From: Lophium mytilinum
Lineage: Eukaryota
Direction of reading: 5' to 3'
Length of the DNA: 64,000 bases
Assembly: GCA_010093605.1 (NCBI GenBank)
Contig: MU004194.1
Span: 1,154,323-1,218,322, forward strand
Both the position numbers and the translations under genes were made by a program. Below are positions 13,455-26,660 of this stretch, in pieces; within the stretch, counting starts at the first letter, position 1; every line of letters begins with the position of its first letter. Under the pieces are notes generated by a model. It was not told where the DNA came from. It searched no databases and saw only the letters and a program-made list of their open reading frames with translations.

Positions 13455-15014
13455 TCAATACCCACCCCCGTGCCCCTGGAAACTCATCCTCAGCACCTCA
13501 GGCATCCTGTCCTCCAAATCCAGCAGCGTCTGCCCAAACAACCCATTCGCCCAACTGAACCACTGCCGAGTCCAATCACTCTCATTCCAGCTATTCACGC
13601 TCTCATGCACCAACCCAAACCCATCCGTGCTCCCCAGCACCAGCCCCAACTGCTCCACAACCTCGCCCTCATCCGCACTCGTCAGCATTCGCGCAATCGC
13701 CGCCATCGGCCACGCGTACCTAGGCCCATTGTGCGGCCCGCCAATCGCAGAGAGCACCGGCCCGGCCATGAAGTACGGGTTCTTCTGCGAGAGCAGCAGT
13801 GCGCGCGTGTTCTTATACACCTCCGAATCCGCGGTCGTGTAGCCGAGGAACGGGGCCGCTAGCAGCGACGGGATGTTCGCGTCGTCCATGACTGTCTGCC
13901 CGCCATAGCCGTCGATCTCGTAGGCGTAGATGCGGCCCGCGGTGGGGTGGTCGATGACGCCGTGGGTCTCGATGGCGTCGCGGAGGCTGGCCGAGAGGGA
14001 TGCCATGCGGGTCGCGAGGCCGGCACTGGTGGAGGTGTTGAGCTGGGCCATGATCTTGGACGTCGAAGCGAGGTAGGTCGCGAACATCATGTTGGAGGGG
14101 ATGAAGAGCTGGAAGATGGTGGCGTCGTCCGAGGGCCGGAAGGCGCTGCGGATCAGGCCGGTGCCGTTGGCGGTTGGGTTGCCGAGCCCGTTGTTCTCGA
14201 GAGTCTCCGAGGCGCGCGTCGTGTCGCGCGTGAAGGTATAGGGGGATGTGAGGACGGAGCCGTTGGCGGCGTAGGTGGGCGTCATCATGCCTTCGGCTAC
14301 GTCCAGGACTGCGGAGATGGCTGAGACCCAGGAGTACTTTGAGAAGAATGAGAGGTCGCTAGTGGCATTGTAGTAGTTCGTGGAGACCTCGAGGAAGGCG
14401 GCCAGTGAATCGAGCTCATATTTGCATTCGAAGACGCTCGTGTTGGAGTAGCGAGGAGTTACAACATCGTTGCTCGCGGCCCCGTTGACGGCTGGGGGAA
14501 TCTTGGATTCAACCGGTGGCTGAAAGGAGTTGCAATAGGGTGAGGTGAGGAGATAGCGAGCTTGGAGGTTAATCACGCCTCTATACAGCGAGGCCAGCGA
14601 GTCCGGTGAGGAATCAGGCTTGAGGAATGGGAGGTATGACTGCATCTGGTTCGCCGAGTCTCGAAGCCACATGGCGTTGATGTCTCCCGTGATGACGAAA
14701 GTAAGCTCTTCGTCGCTGCCAGCGGCATACCCCTTCCACTTGATGGCGGTGTCGAGGGTATTGGGATAAGCGTTCTGGAAGAGGCGGTATAAGTCGGGGT
14801 CTTTGATGACCGATTCCATGCTCTTGATCTTGTCTTCGACATCTTGCAAGACAAAGGTGCGGCACTCAGCCGCAGGCCGCATATATGAGAGGTGGTATCT
14901 GCCGGAGGAGTAGGGTTCATGAAGCTGCTTGGCATAGTCTGAGTAGTCTGGACACGCTGCGTATGCTAAAAGAGGGAGAGAGAGCCCCCACAGGAGCATA
15001 GTGAACGGCCACAT
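13455..15014 (-). CDS. Glycoside hydrolase family 125 (exo-alpha-1,6-mannosidase-like, DUF1237), secreted, intronless
   Basis: Signal peptide MWPFTMLLWGLSLPLLAYA; TGDINAMWLRDS, ECKYELDS, SAFRPSDD, MDDANIPSLL and WFSWANGLF motifs. Confidence 0.93.
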   Translation of the reverse strand: MWPFTMLLWGLSLPLLAYAACPDYSDYAKQLHEPYSSGRYHLSYMRPAAECRTFVLQDVEDKIKSMESVIKDPDLYRLFQNAYPNTLDTAIKWKGYAAGSDEELTFVITGDINAMWLRDSANQMQSYLPFLKPDSSPDSLASLYRGVINLQARYLLTSPYCNSFQPPVESKIPPAVNGAASNDVVTPRYSNTSVFECKYELDSLAAFLEVSTNYYNATSDLSFFSKYSWVSAISAVLDVAEGMMTPTYAANGSVLTSPYTFTRDTTRASETLENNGLGNPTANGTGLIRSAFRPSDDATIFQLFIPSNMMFATYLASTSKIMAQLNTSTSAGLATRMASLSASLRDAIETHGVIDHPTAGRIYAYEIDGYGGQTVMDDANIPSLLAAPFLGYTTADSEVYKNTRALLLSQKNPYFMAGPVLSAIGGPHNGPRYAWPMAAIARMLTSADEGEVVEQLGLVLGSTDGFGLVHESVNSWNESDWTRQWFSWANGLFGQTLLDLEDRMPEVLRMSFQGHGGGY

Positions 15015-16086
15015 GTTGGACTTGGACTGTGAGAGTAGACTGAAAGGAGCGGAGTGAAGAAGTGGGTGGCAGAGTTCGGGGTGAGGGTAAAGTTGAGGTC
15101 GGGTTAAGTAGCACCGACTATAACATGGCACCGCAGGGCAGGATGACCATGTGCCTGGATGGATGTGTTACCGGATTCTGCCTACCCCGCTGCTGATCTA
15201 TGGTCCGGCTCTGTGGGCTGCATTGAGGCAACCAGCGGACCGACATGATTCTGGCTTCCCGAGTGAATGTCAGCAAAGCAAAAACGCTATGCCGGCACAC
15301 CAGCAAACAGACATCGGACTCCGCCTCGGCAAAGGAGCTGCACACCTCTGTGCCTCCTAACACAGTTTCTCCTGGCCGCGTGCATAGTCGCAGCCAAAGG
15401 GTCGGCACCGGGTGTGGGGACGGGAAAGGCGTTGTTGATCAGTGCGGGGTTGCTAGCGGCTTAAGAGCCGCATCCTTCGCTTGCTAGTGAATGCGACGGC
15501 AAGATACAACATCACGAGAGACGGGATGAACCCGAAATCGACAACTCCTTGTAACTCGTAGTTAGTTTAATTGCTGCTACGCTCTTCTGCCCTCGCTAAC
15601 AACCCTATGCCCAACTCCACCACAGTCCTGTCCTCCTCTTATCCGCCTTACCCAAAGCTCCACGCTTCATATATCGTATTTCTGCAAACAAACGCTCTGC
15701 ACAGAATCCCACGGAATAGTCCTGCCTTCCAGGACCAGTACAGCCACGTATCGACATTAGGTAGCCTATACCAAGGTAACAGATTCCTCGTGTGTATGAC
15801 TCGCATGCTGCAAAACCAGTGGAAAAATTTGGGCATGCGGTAAATGGATCCCTGAACAACGCCATCGCTAAATTTTTGCAGAGGTAGGAAAGAGTCCGCC
15901 CGTAGACGTGACCATCATTGAGAAAGAAAATGTAGCAAATTCGTACAAGAAGGGTATACAGTGTGAAGACCAAAATCATGCAAGGTGTAAAGACCTACAG
16001 GCGTGGATGGTATCGTGAAAGAAGCTTTCCAAGTCGTTCATTCAAGAGACTTCGAAGAAGCGGTAGAAACCAATCGATGGCAACGT

Positions 16087-18237
16087 TCAAAGCACGGCTC
16101 CGCCGAGATATCCAAAATCGGTCATGAGTTGCTCGAGCTGGGTCATGGCAGCATCTGACCCTAAGTTCTGTTCAACTCCAGGGGCTGACGAGTCCGCATA
16201 CGCCGGTCGAGAAGCCGAAACCTTGGTAAGAGTGGCATCCGATGCAGTCTGATAATCTGGGAGTGAGTAACCTTGAAAGCCATCGCTGAGTCCAAAGCAC
16301 GTCGCATGCCGGCGAGAGGCGCTTTCAGGTCGAGCGATATGGGGATGGAAAGAAGTCTCAGGTGTGGTAGAGTCCAGGAAAGCGGAATTATGGGCAGTAA
16401 CAGTAGCATGACCTGCGGGCGACGAGAACCCAGACTCGAATTTGACTTCGTTTGGCGAAGCTGTGTCGTACAATGCGTTCAAGTCGCCCATATATTGGTC
16501 ACAGAGCCTCTGTGGCGTTTCGATGTCGCTCGAGCTCGTTGTTATTGAGCTCAAGGTCGGAGAGTGGACTCCGTCTCCATCCGAAGATAGCGCCGGGAAT
16601 TCGATGGACCATAGGGAGAAGTGACTAGTCGGTTCCGCGCAAGCCTCTGCATCCACAAAGTCTCGGAAGTCATTGTGGCTGTCAACGTTTCTATCGTGGA
16701 AAAACAGCGGTTCTGGGACGAGATAGGACGGCAAGTTCGGCAATCTTTTCTCAACGAGTGGCATGCTTTGAGGAAAAGGCATTGGTTCTTCACCGCGCCG
16801 TGATGCCGGACGCGAATCATTGCTCGGCGGCGTGGCAAGGAAATTTGTCCACATTGCGTCTGGCGTCTGGTGATCGTTGTCGTCCTCGTTCTTCGCCTCC
16901 TGTATCTGGTCAGGAATCAGAAGAAGCTCGTCATACACAACCGTATTTCGGAGAGGTGACGGCTCTCTAACTTTGCCCACAGACATGGATCGTCGGCGAT
17001 ATGATACGTCGGCTCGTTCCCTCGAATCTGGAACTCGGCGTGGCGACTTTGAACGCCTGTGCTCTACTGACAGCGCCCTTCCTCGTAGCGGAGTTCTCTC
17101 AATTGGTACTAGGAAAGAGTCTTGTGCTTGCGAACGGGCTCTGTCGAGCGACGGTTCCTTTTCTTCCACCACATGCGGGAAGTGGAGATCGTGATTTGGA
17201 TCCACCGGGTGGCTTCTCAATGGAGAGAGATTTGCTGTCATGGCACTAGATGCTGCCGGCAGCGTAGACTGGGCTTTAGAGTCCACAGTAGTCAATGGAA
17301 TAAGATCGCGCTGCTCATCAAGACCGCTAACGAGGAATGGGGATCCAATCCGAAGCTCATGGGCGCCCCGTACGTGCCTGCTGCGACCACGCTGCTCTTC
17401 AAGGAGTGACGATTTGCCAAAGTTGACACTTTCGAAAGTGGCCCTGATCTTGTCACTAGCTTCCTTGAAGTCAAACAGAGTCGTTTTCAAGCTTTCATTT
17501 GGTGAGCCGGTTGCTGACTTGGCAAGTCTACGGAAAGGGGATCGGGAGCGAGCTCGGTTGGGACTGTCGTAACCAGCAGAGCGCGGATAGTCTCTATCGT
17601 TACCCAGGTACTTCATGTCCAATTGTGGGCGCTTTCGGTGCTCTTCAAGGCCATGGGAAGAAGTAATGATCTTTGGCAGCGGAAGTGGCGCGGGTCTTGG
17701 GTTAAGATACTTGTCTTCTGGATTGAGTGTATGAACTCCAGATGATGTTGAACTGGCCGAATTGCTTCTGCTCCTAGAGTCATAGGGTACCTCAAGCACG
17801 TTCAGAGGCTGGCCAGGGAGCAGAGGGCAGAAAGTGGTCGAGGTTTGCGACGGGTCATGGCACTCGTCGTGACCGTCTATCCGGTACTGGGTAAAAGACG
17901 ATAAGTTGGTGATTGAAACCGATGTCATGCGCGGACAAGTGCTTACGTAGTACCAGTATGTTCCACCCATTTTGAGAGCGCCATTCCGCCTCAAGCTAGG
18001 GGAGCTGAGATCGCCATCACAGATGATATCCTCGAAACAATAGCACCCAGACCAGAAGTTTTTGCCTTTTCGGAGATCCAGCTTCATGGCATATGGTTTG
18101 TTGAAGTTGTCCCATGAGCCAAGTAGCTCAATAGTCCTCGCAGCCGGTGCGGACTCGCTGAGTTGACGATTAGTATGGCTTAGCGCAAGAAAGAGAGGGT
18201 CATACAATAGAAAGGTCACAAGAGTAGTAGATGGCAT
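16087..18237 (-). CDS. Protein with N-terminal CBM48/AMPK-beta glycogen-binding-like domain and long Ser/Pro/Arg-rich disordered tail
   Basis: IELLGSWDNF...MGGTYWYY|YRIDG; introns 18205-18158 and 17946-17887. Confidence 0.7.
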   Translation of the reverse strand: MPSTTLVTFLLYDPLFLALSHTNRQLSESAPAARTIELLGSWDNFNKPYAMKLDLRKGKNFWSGCYCFEDIICDGDLSSPSLRRNGALKMGGTYWYYVSTCPRMTSVSITNLSSFTQYRIDGHDECHDPSQTSTTFCPLLPGQPLNVLEVPYDSRSRSNSASSTSSGVHTLNPEDKYLNPRPAPLPLPKIITSSHGLEEHRKRPQLDMKYLGNDRDYPRSAGYDSPNRARSRSPFRRLAKSATGSPNESLKTTLFDFKEASDKIRATFESVNFGKSSLLEEQRGRSRHVRGAHELRIGSPFLVSGLDEQRDLIPLTTVDSKAQSTLPAASSAMTANLSPLRSHPVDPNHDLHFPHVVEEKEPSLDRARSQAQDSFLVPIERTPLRGRALSVEHRRSKSPRRVPDSRERADVSYRRRSMSVGKVREPSPLRNTVVYDELLLIPDQIQEAKNEDDNDHQTPDAMWTNFLATPPSNDSRPASRRGEEPMPFPQSMPLVEKRLPNLPSYLVPEPLFFHDRNVDSHNDFRDFVDAEACAEPTSHFSLWSIEFPALSSDGDGVHSPTLSSITTSSSDIETPQRLCDQYMGDLNALYDTASPNEVKFESGFSSPAGHATVTAHNSAFLDSTTPETSFHPHIARPESASRRHATCFGLSDGFQGYSLPDYQTASDATLTKVSASRPAYADSSAPGVEQNLGSDAAMTQLEQLMTDFGYLGGAVL

Positions 18238-20951
18238 GGTGAGAATCGATGCTGAGCTGAAGCAAATATGGCTAGTGTCGGTATACGACTCTCGAGAACG
18301 AAAACGGCAAATTTCCTGGACTCGCCGGTAGTTGAAGGCGGAGTGCTTAGCGAATGGGACAAGAGAGTGAAAGCATTGATCTGATACTAAGGCTTTCAAT
18401 GAGCGGCGTCGATCAAGCGAGCATGATGGCCACCCACCTGATAATATAAAAAGGAAATAGAGCGAATCCAAGCGTATCTGAGAGACTGGCGGGTGGACGG
18501 CGTGGATTAAAGTCCTTTGTATAGCGCGTGGATCTGGTGATCAATTGGAAGGCCCTGTCAGGGCGCGGTGGAAGCTTGGAACAGTGGATGTTGGTGCTGA
18601 GAAAGTTGGAAACGCTCCTGAAGCCAGTGCGGCGTAGATGCGGACCAAGGGCCAGTGAGACGAGCAGCAGTAAGCGCCGTGCAGACAGACGGTGGATGAA
18701 GCTTCAGTAACAGAGAGGGACCAGTTCAGGCTCGCAATGGGGCAGGGGGACAACGGATGTGAAGGCTGATGAGGCAGTAGAAGTCGGCATCGCAGCCAAG
18801 GCAGGAAGAGAGCAGCAACCAGCGGGACAGCAAGCAGGATGGAGTCGGGCAGGCTTCCACCAAGCAGGAGGAACTGAGGGGCCTCCGGACTTTGAGGCTG
18901 GCGTTGGAGGGCCTGGGCGAGAGGTCAGCCCTGGTTCATCAAACAGTGGCTGTGGAGCTGCAAAGGCAGGCCACTCACAAGCGCGCACGCGAGGATGCTT
19001 TCGATGGCGACTTGCCAGATCCCGGGCGCGTCCAAAGACATGCTGATGCGCGCTGGAGGCGTGTGGAGAGGCGGCTGGTCCCTTCATCTCGGTGCTGCGT
19101 CCGGCACGCCAACCACCATCGATGATGCTTGCGGCCTTCCGCTCAAGCCCGCGAGCAGCACTGGACCGTCGCACAGCCGTGGAACTGTGCAGACGCCGAC
19201 GAGAACCAAGCGGCCATACACACACGGTGGACGAGTCAACGGGATTGAGGCCATGACGGCTGCGCGATACGACGCCAGGGGCCATGCGGGCTCTTCCAGT
19301 GCCATGGACACATCCCTGCCGCCTGTGGCGCTGACCCCTGTGTCTAGCCCGAAGCAGGCGAGCTGGTAAAGCTTCGGCCAGTAGCCGTCCCGGATGAGCG
19401 TCCGTGGCGTCGAGTGAGGCCATTTCGGAACTGGTGCGGTTCTTGAAGCAACGTGCTTCCAAGGCTCCCCTTGGACGATCGGCCAGCCTTATTGCCAGGT
19501 TGCGGATGGGCGTCCGGCACTTCGCTACTCGCTCTGACGTGTCTGCAGCTGTGCCAACCGCATTCTGCCATGGCTTTCCAGTTCCTGGCCAATTCCTGTC
19601 CAATTCGGCGCCACGGCACCCGTGGTCGGGCATCCCGATTCTCCATTCGACGCCTGCCGATAAGCGCTGCTCGGGCTGCCTCCACAGCGGCAAACCGAGA
19701 CGCTGTCTGTGACCGACCCAAACCTCTTGAAGGGTGCTGCGACGCTGGGCCCTCTCGTCCTTCTTTGCATGGCACAGCACAGGAGGCGGCGAGGCTGTCA
19801 GGAATCACCTTTGCCCCCGGCTGCTTCACGATTGATGATCTGCGGCCGTCTTATCAAGATTAATTGGATGGGTACCCAATTGAGCAAGCGTCGGAACGCG
19901 AGCGTCCAACTTTCGACAAACGCAGAGCTTGGCCCTCAAACAAGAATCGCTTCTGTGTGACGTTTAACGTTCACTAGTTCCATTGCGTCCGCGTCAGGAT
20001 GCGCTCAAAGCTCGAGAACGTGCTGGCAAACGAATGAGCCACATGTTCTCTGCACAGGCCTTCTTGCTCGAAATTGATATCGCTGTACGACCCTCCGAAC
20101 CCAAGCTCCAGACAGACGGCAGCATATGTCTCTGGCTTGGGTTGCTACACGGCTGCCATCTATCTCGAAAATCACGTATGGGCCCGGGGTCTCAAGTCCC
20201 ACAGCAGGTCCAACATAGTCACCGCTTGCGGCACCGATCTTCGAATCTCCGGCGCCTCAGCCAGCCTGCTTCCGCTCGCAACGTGTCACGGTCGCCTGCA
20301 GAGGCTATTTCGGAGTCGATGCAGGGACGAGAGTCTTGACCGACAAAACCTTGTTGGGATCTGTTGTGCCCGTGGTTATGTGACTTGCTTGCTTAGCATG
20401 CACGATATTGTGCCAGTTCTCTTTCGGTATGCGTAGGCTTTGCTGCCTTCCGAAGGGTCCTGAGAGATTAGAGCTGTACTCGCACTCCAACTCTCACTGC
20501 TCGGGAAGAAACATGTTCGAAATGAGAAGTATGCCACGCGACCGTATAAGCGTAAAAGAGCAGTGGGAGTTATGTAGTTTGATTACTAGGTTTTCGTGCA
20601 GAGGTATGCATGAGACAGACATGACTAGGAACTCGCCGACGTGTTATGTATGAAAATGATACTTCTACGGTTCGTCTCGTTCATCAAGACAACGCTTGAT
20701 TTCGTGGAATAAGTTAAATGAACGGCCAGGAAAGTTGCTTGGCAATAGGTCGATGAGGGCCCGATGCTAGATTGGTTCTTAGAAACCACTACTGTGAAAC
20801 TAGGCTAAATGTTCCCTCGAAACTGATAAATGAAGTTCGAACAGGTGTGGAGTTCCGAGGTTGGTTTTGAGGTCTTGGCAGCGCATCATCACCTCAACTT
20901 TTGACTTCATGTCACTACAGAGGCACTCCAAATCCTACCTTAGCAACCATC

Positions 20952-21716
20952 ATGAGCGCCAGCCGGTGTTTCTCCACGAGGTCCTTCCAGCGCGCTCTCC
21001 GTGCAGACGCCTTGAACTACTCACCATTTCGACACTGTTCAAGCGCGGCAAGCCAGCATCGCCGAACAGCTCCTCCGCAACACACCCGCACTCTTCACAC
21101 ATCTAGCCCAGTGTTCTCGCGCCCGAAATCCACCGATCGTGGCCCTGCCAGTACCGAAGACACTCAAACCGACTTTGGCAACCTCGACGTGCTTGGAAAC
21201 ACGCCCGCCCCGAGTACGAGCATAGACGCTTGCACCAATGATGGATTTCACTTGAACAGCGGGCTCAAGATGCATGGATGCGGCGCGCTGCTCATAGGAG
21301 GGGAGGCGTTTCGGTGGCAGCCGTGGGTACAACAGAACGGAAGGCTGAAGAACGGAAAAGGGCTGTGGGAGGTGGGAAAGGAGGCCTGGGGAGTGTTGGA
21401 TCTCGTGTGGCCGAAGCCTGGTACGAACAACTGGAGGCGGAGATACTCTCGTGATCTGCTTCTTCCTGCCATTAGTAGACGCATAAACCTTGCATAGACT
21501 AACTAGCGGTCCACAGATTTGCTCATAATTGGCACGGGTCCCCAAGTAATACCAGTATCACCTGCGACCAGGAAACAGATCAACGACCTAGGCATACGGC
21601 TCGAGGTCCAGGACACTAGAAACGCTGCCTCCCAGTTCAACCTGCTCGCGACAGAGAGAGGGGTTCAGCAGGTTGCAGCTGCAATGATACCCATCGGATG
21701 GAAAGAGGCTAAATGA
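20952..21716 (+). CDS. NDUFAF3: Mth938-domain mitochondrial complex I assembly factor (NDUFAF3-like)
   Basis: Arg/Ser-rich mitochondrial presequence; WPKP|DLLIIGTG across intron 21421-21516; DTRNAASQFNLLATER. Confidence 0.85.
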
Positions 21717-22052
21717 TCGTAACATGTGTTGCGTGTATAACGAAATGTAAAAATAGTAAGTACTACATTAGGCATATCATCAAGAACAATGGCTCTTCAA
21801 GACGCGGAGAGCTCTATTGTATGGACCGACATGGACGATAGTGGCAGGAATAAGTACATGTATGGTAAACGCCCAGGTCGCGAGCCGCTGTACTCTATAG
21901 ATCTGAATAATCACCTGAGAATGCTCCACAAACCTTGTAGCTGGCGAACCTCGGAAGTTGTACCAAACAAGAAGTGTTTACATTATCACACTCTCCCAAG
22001 TCTTATTCACCTTCTCTATTATTCCCCTCATTAGTCTCCTCGGGGATACCTT

Positions 22053-23773
22053 TCACAGTCTCTCTGCGACATCGCTTGCCTCCCCATCAGTCGAATCTCT
22101 CCCGGTGGAATACAAAGCGATCGGAACAGCAGAGACTCCACTAATTACGCCAAGAACAAGAGACATCACTGCCCAGCCATATGCATCTTTTAATGCACCC
22201 GCCATCAAAGGACCAATGAGACAACCGAGACCCTGGAATGATACAAAGAGCCCGTATACCTGTCCGTAAACGCTCTTCTTGTCCATGAAGTTCGGGTCAT
22301 TTCGCTCCTTGGTATTTACCACTCGGCTCACTTCCGCCATGAGTGATGACAGCGTCAATGCCCCTGCAGTCCCATTTAAGACAAGCAGAATGCAAAGGAG
22401 GACCACTTGACCATCCGAATCATGGTTGACCAGGCGCAGGCAGAGCAAAGATGGACAGCCAACAATGAAGCCGGCGGCGGCCAACACTCGAGTCCCCATG
22501 CGATCGGAAAGCAAGCCTATTATCGGGCTGAATAGAACGATAGGTCCCAGATACGGCAAAAAAATGAGGCCCGTCCGAGTGGCGGTCCATCCGAATGTGG
22601 CTTTCACGAAGAGTGGAAGGACCTGTGATGTCAGTAAGATTGCTCTTGTAGAGTGTAACCAGTACTGACGCTTTGAAATGAAGTCATGAGCCCTTGCTGG
22701 ACCGTTGTTCCCCATAGAGCGGCTAGTAGCCTTGGAGAGCGGAGGAGAAGCAAGATACGGGGTATTCGCCGGCCCCGCTTTGGTGAACTAACTTTGTCGG
22801 TTTCGGATGCCGACTCTGATGACTTAGTGTCCATTTCCACGGAAGCGGTTCGTGTACACAACTGAACCACCGGCATGGGTTGTTCCTCCAGATCTCTCAT
22901 TGTTGCTGGATCAAATGAGCGTCCACTTTCTGTCGCGTCCTTTTCCACCATGGTCACACGTAGCATTCCATCCACACCAATGACAGAAAACGCCATCGCA
23001 AAGACTGCATAGTAGCCTGCGTGGTCAAACACGAAACCCCCAAGCGCTGGTGCGCATAAAGAGGCAAGGGGACCGGCAACGGACATATACCCCATGGCTT
23101 GTCCAATACGTCCTTGGTCCACACTATCCGAAAGTAGAGCCATACCGACGGTCCATACGATTGCGCCCGTCAAGCCCTCTAACACTCCGGCGATGACGAA
23201 CAATGATAGACGTCTGGAGAGGCATAGAAGGAGTGTAGCCACAAGAAGCGACAGCATCCCGGTAAGGAATGGGATCTTTCTCGAACGGAACTGATCTGCC
23301 AGCCATCCAGCGAACGCTGAACGATGTCAGCCGGGAATAAGTGTAAGACCATAATCCGTCTAGCGGACAGTCCACTTACGAGACCCGACAGTCAGCCCAG
23401 CTCCATAGCCCCCGAGGACAATGGAAATCCAATACTGCACTACAGTCTATCAGAAGAAGCCGGTCGGAGACAGCAAGCGACTCACCTTGGTCCACCGATA
23501 TGCTGACCCGTTCGCTCAAGGCAAATGGCAAGACAGGTGCGGCCTCCAACTATCAGCGATCATGCCATTCACGAGAAGGATGACGACTTACAATTGCGTA
23601 ACTGAAATTGCTCTGGAATCTCGTTAGCCTGGCCTACTTTGATCATGGTCGAATCAACTAACAACGAAGCATGCCGAACAAACAACCAAAATTATGAACC
23701 ATGTCGAGGACCTTTGTGTCTGTAGAAACGGCAGCGAACAACACGAAGCTCTAACCGGGGTTGAACAGTCCAT
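22053..23773 (-). CDS. MFS transporter (DHA1/vesicular amine transporter-like), multi-exon
   Basis: PVLPFAL, GWLADQFRSRK, GLLSDRMGTR and GPLMAGAL motifs; multiple TM helices; canonical introns keep the frame. Confidence 0.9.
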
Positions 23774-25306
23774 AGTCCGGGATATGATGCTGAAATTGTG
23801 GATAAAATAAGCCACAGGATTCCAGTTGCGCAGAGAGCAATACGATTCCCGTCGACTTTTAAACATTCTTCGCCTGCGGTATCCCAGGGAGTGACATCAG
23901 TCCAGGCGTAGCAATGATATGCCTATCTCGAGAGCACCCCTAGCCGGGTTACGTTCTTCCCGTTCGGCTAGCAAAGAGCAATCTGTTTCAGTGTGGTTTG
24001 CTATTCAGAGAAACGAGTCACGGTATTGCGGGTGTGTGACTTCGGCTCCCGCAGCCGCTCTCCTACCAACCCCCCTTTTTGGCATATCCAGAGTTATCAC
24101 GGCAAAGACGCAATTGCGAGGCGTATCAACAGGCTAATTGAGTCGCAAATGTCGAGCGTGACGTAGAACGCATGCGCGTCTAGTGCAACACACGGCTATT
24201 ATAGCCGGCGGTATAGCTCTCTGAGATTGCAAATTCCGGCGCTGTGCAACGAGGTATGTGTAAATACAGAAGGAAAGCGTAGGAATGACGTTTTATTGAG
24301 GAGGAATTGAGCCTTCTTTGTCGTTCCTGCTTGGCCAGAATTGATCCAAGGCTACTTCCACTTGGTGCCTCCATAATGTTCCTCCGAAATAGAGTGAGGT
24401 ACCCATATATTCTAGGGGAAAAGTGGGCTATGATGCCGTGAGAGATACGACGTTACAAGCACATGGCATGCCCCGGTTTCCACACTCAAGCCATGGAAAA
24501 GGTACCATCAGAAGAAGACGAGAGTATGAGTCAACTGGCCTGTGTAGAGCTTCAGCATGTTGGAGCTCTCGCCCAGCTTGTCTTATCAGCGTAGCCGTTC
24601 CTGCTAGCGCTTTCACCACAACAGCAGGCGTTGGCACTTGAGCCTGCACGATGCATCCACAAAATATCTACAGATCAACCTTCCGGACACAACGCCCAAA
24701 CACATTAACTCCTAGAAAGGTTGTACCTAGCTGTGCGAGCATGTCCACGCAGTACTTCTTCGACTGTGTTCATGTTGTTTTAGGTACCCTCGCTAATTTC
24801 GACGAGATAGGTTGGCACCATAGCTACTGCTTGACGTTGATTAGACAGTTTCTACGATTGAAGATTGAAGACACCTCTGCGCGCACGCCGGCTGGAGATA
24901 GCATAACACCGCACACACAGCGGTCAATGATGCGTCAGTCGCGCGCGCTGCTTAGCAGAGTCCGCGATGGCCAGCCCGGTTGAGGGGGCTGAGGACCGAA
25001 AGGACGACGGCGCACAAGCCAGGATATGCAGCCCCAACTCTATAGCCAATCAGAACACTGACTGGCTGCTGCTCCGGCCTGCCCGCTGCAGTTAAATCCG
25101 TCCTGCATACTGACCTCCACCAACAAAATCGTGTATATAAGTCAGTAGCGTTCTTCCTGCTCTCATCCCTTCCCATTCAGTATCTACGTCGTTCTTCTTC
25201 TCTCTGTCTTCTCCCATTCCCATCATCCTCTGTAAAGTCGCTGTATTAGTCGATATAATCCTCCTAGAGCCTACCCATTTCGCTCTCCACATTTCCCACA
25301 TCCATC

Positions 25307-26112
25307 ATGTCTGCACCACTTGCAGGAAAAGTTGCCATTGTCACCGGCGGTTCCAAGGGCATTGGCGCGGCCACCGTTGTGGAGCTCGCCAGGCAAGGCG
25401 CCAAGGTCGTTATCAACTTCTCGTCTGACGCCACACCCGCCGAGGAGCTCGTCAAGCAGATTGGGCCCAATAATGCCCTTGCCGTCAAAGCTGACGCAGC
25501 CAATGTGGCTGGCATTGAAGACTTGGTCAAGCAAACCGTTGCTAAATTCGGCAAAATCGATATCTTGATCCCAAATGCCGGCGTCCTCCCGATGAAAGAC
25601 CTGGAGAGCACCACCGAAGCGGATTTCGACAGGACGTTCGCAATCAACGTCAAGGGCCCCTACTTCTTGGCCCAGGTGAGCGTTCATCCTCTGCGGCTTG
25701 GAAGATCATGGATCACGCTTACTAACATCCATCCCAGAAAGCCGCCCCTCACATGTCAGAAGGCGGCCATATCGTCTTCATCTCTACAAGCCTTTGCGTA
25801 GCGTCAAGCGTCGCGCCTAATTATCTTCTTTACAATAGCACCAAGGGCGCAATTGAACAGATGACGCGAGTTATGGCGAAAGATCTTGGCCGAAGAGGCA
25901 TTTCGGTGAACGCGGTTGCCCCTGGTCCAACAGCTACAGAGCTGTTTATGAGAGGCAAGCCCGAGCAAGTAGTCAAGACCATAGCGGGCCTCAATCCATT
26001 CAATAGGATTGGCACGCCAGAGGAGGTTGCTCAGGTTATCGTAATGCTGAGCTCGGGAGCTAGCTCATGGGTCAATGGTCAGGTGCTTCGAGCCAATGGC
26101 GGGATGGCGTAG
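25307..26112 (+). CDS. Short-chain dehydrogenase/reductase (FabG-like)
   Basis: TGGSKGIG, NAG, catalytic YNSTK, VNAVAPGP; intron 25676-25737. Confidence 0.95.
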
Positions 26113-26660
26113 GTAGACAGCATCCTCGTAACTTGTAATTAGGAAGAGTGGTAAACGGATATCTTTCGAAATCAGAGCGACAGTTTGCAAGCTATTCGAA
26201 AGTCATTTGATGCACATGATTGATGCCAAGGCTACTGCTACAGACACTATCAAATGGACACTATCAGATGATGAGCCTCAAACAATGCGCCTAATGTGTT
26301 TTGGCCAGCGATTCATCGTCGATCTCTACCCCAAGTCCAAATTTAGACTGTGGGTGCAATTCGAGTGAAAGGTAATGGAGGGTGGGACCAGGTATGAGCA
26401 TTGCCCCCTTGCTGCATCCAGTTCTCAGCATTCTTGTAACGTAAATTCATGGGAAATAAAGCCCAAAGTCTAATCATTGGGCGACTCTACAATAATCAGA
26501 TGTCGCACGAAGAAACCCGACAAAAGGGGAATGGAATGGAATAAATCGGCATTGAATAGCTCATTCAACTCACAGTGTACCATATATTTAGAATTCTCGC
26601 CGCCAGTCCGACGGCTCGTCGTGTTCTTGTTCCCCGGTATCTTGACCAACATATCACTCA

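Noticed and set aside
5766..15014. LicD plus GH125 as a mannan-remodelling cluster
   Set aside because: They are separated by unrelated F-box and tyrosinase genes, so proximity alone is not evidence.
18704..19780. 358-aa minus-strand ORF and overlapping ORFs
   Set aside because: Non-ATG start, Arg/Ala/Pro-rich shadow ORFs in GC-rich upstream DNA of the CBM48-like gene, with no domain features.
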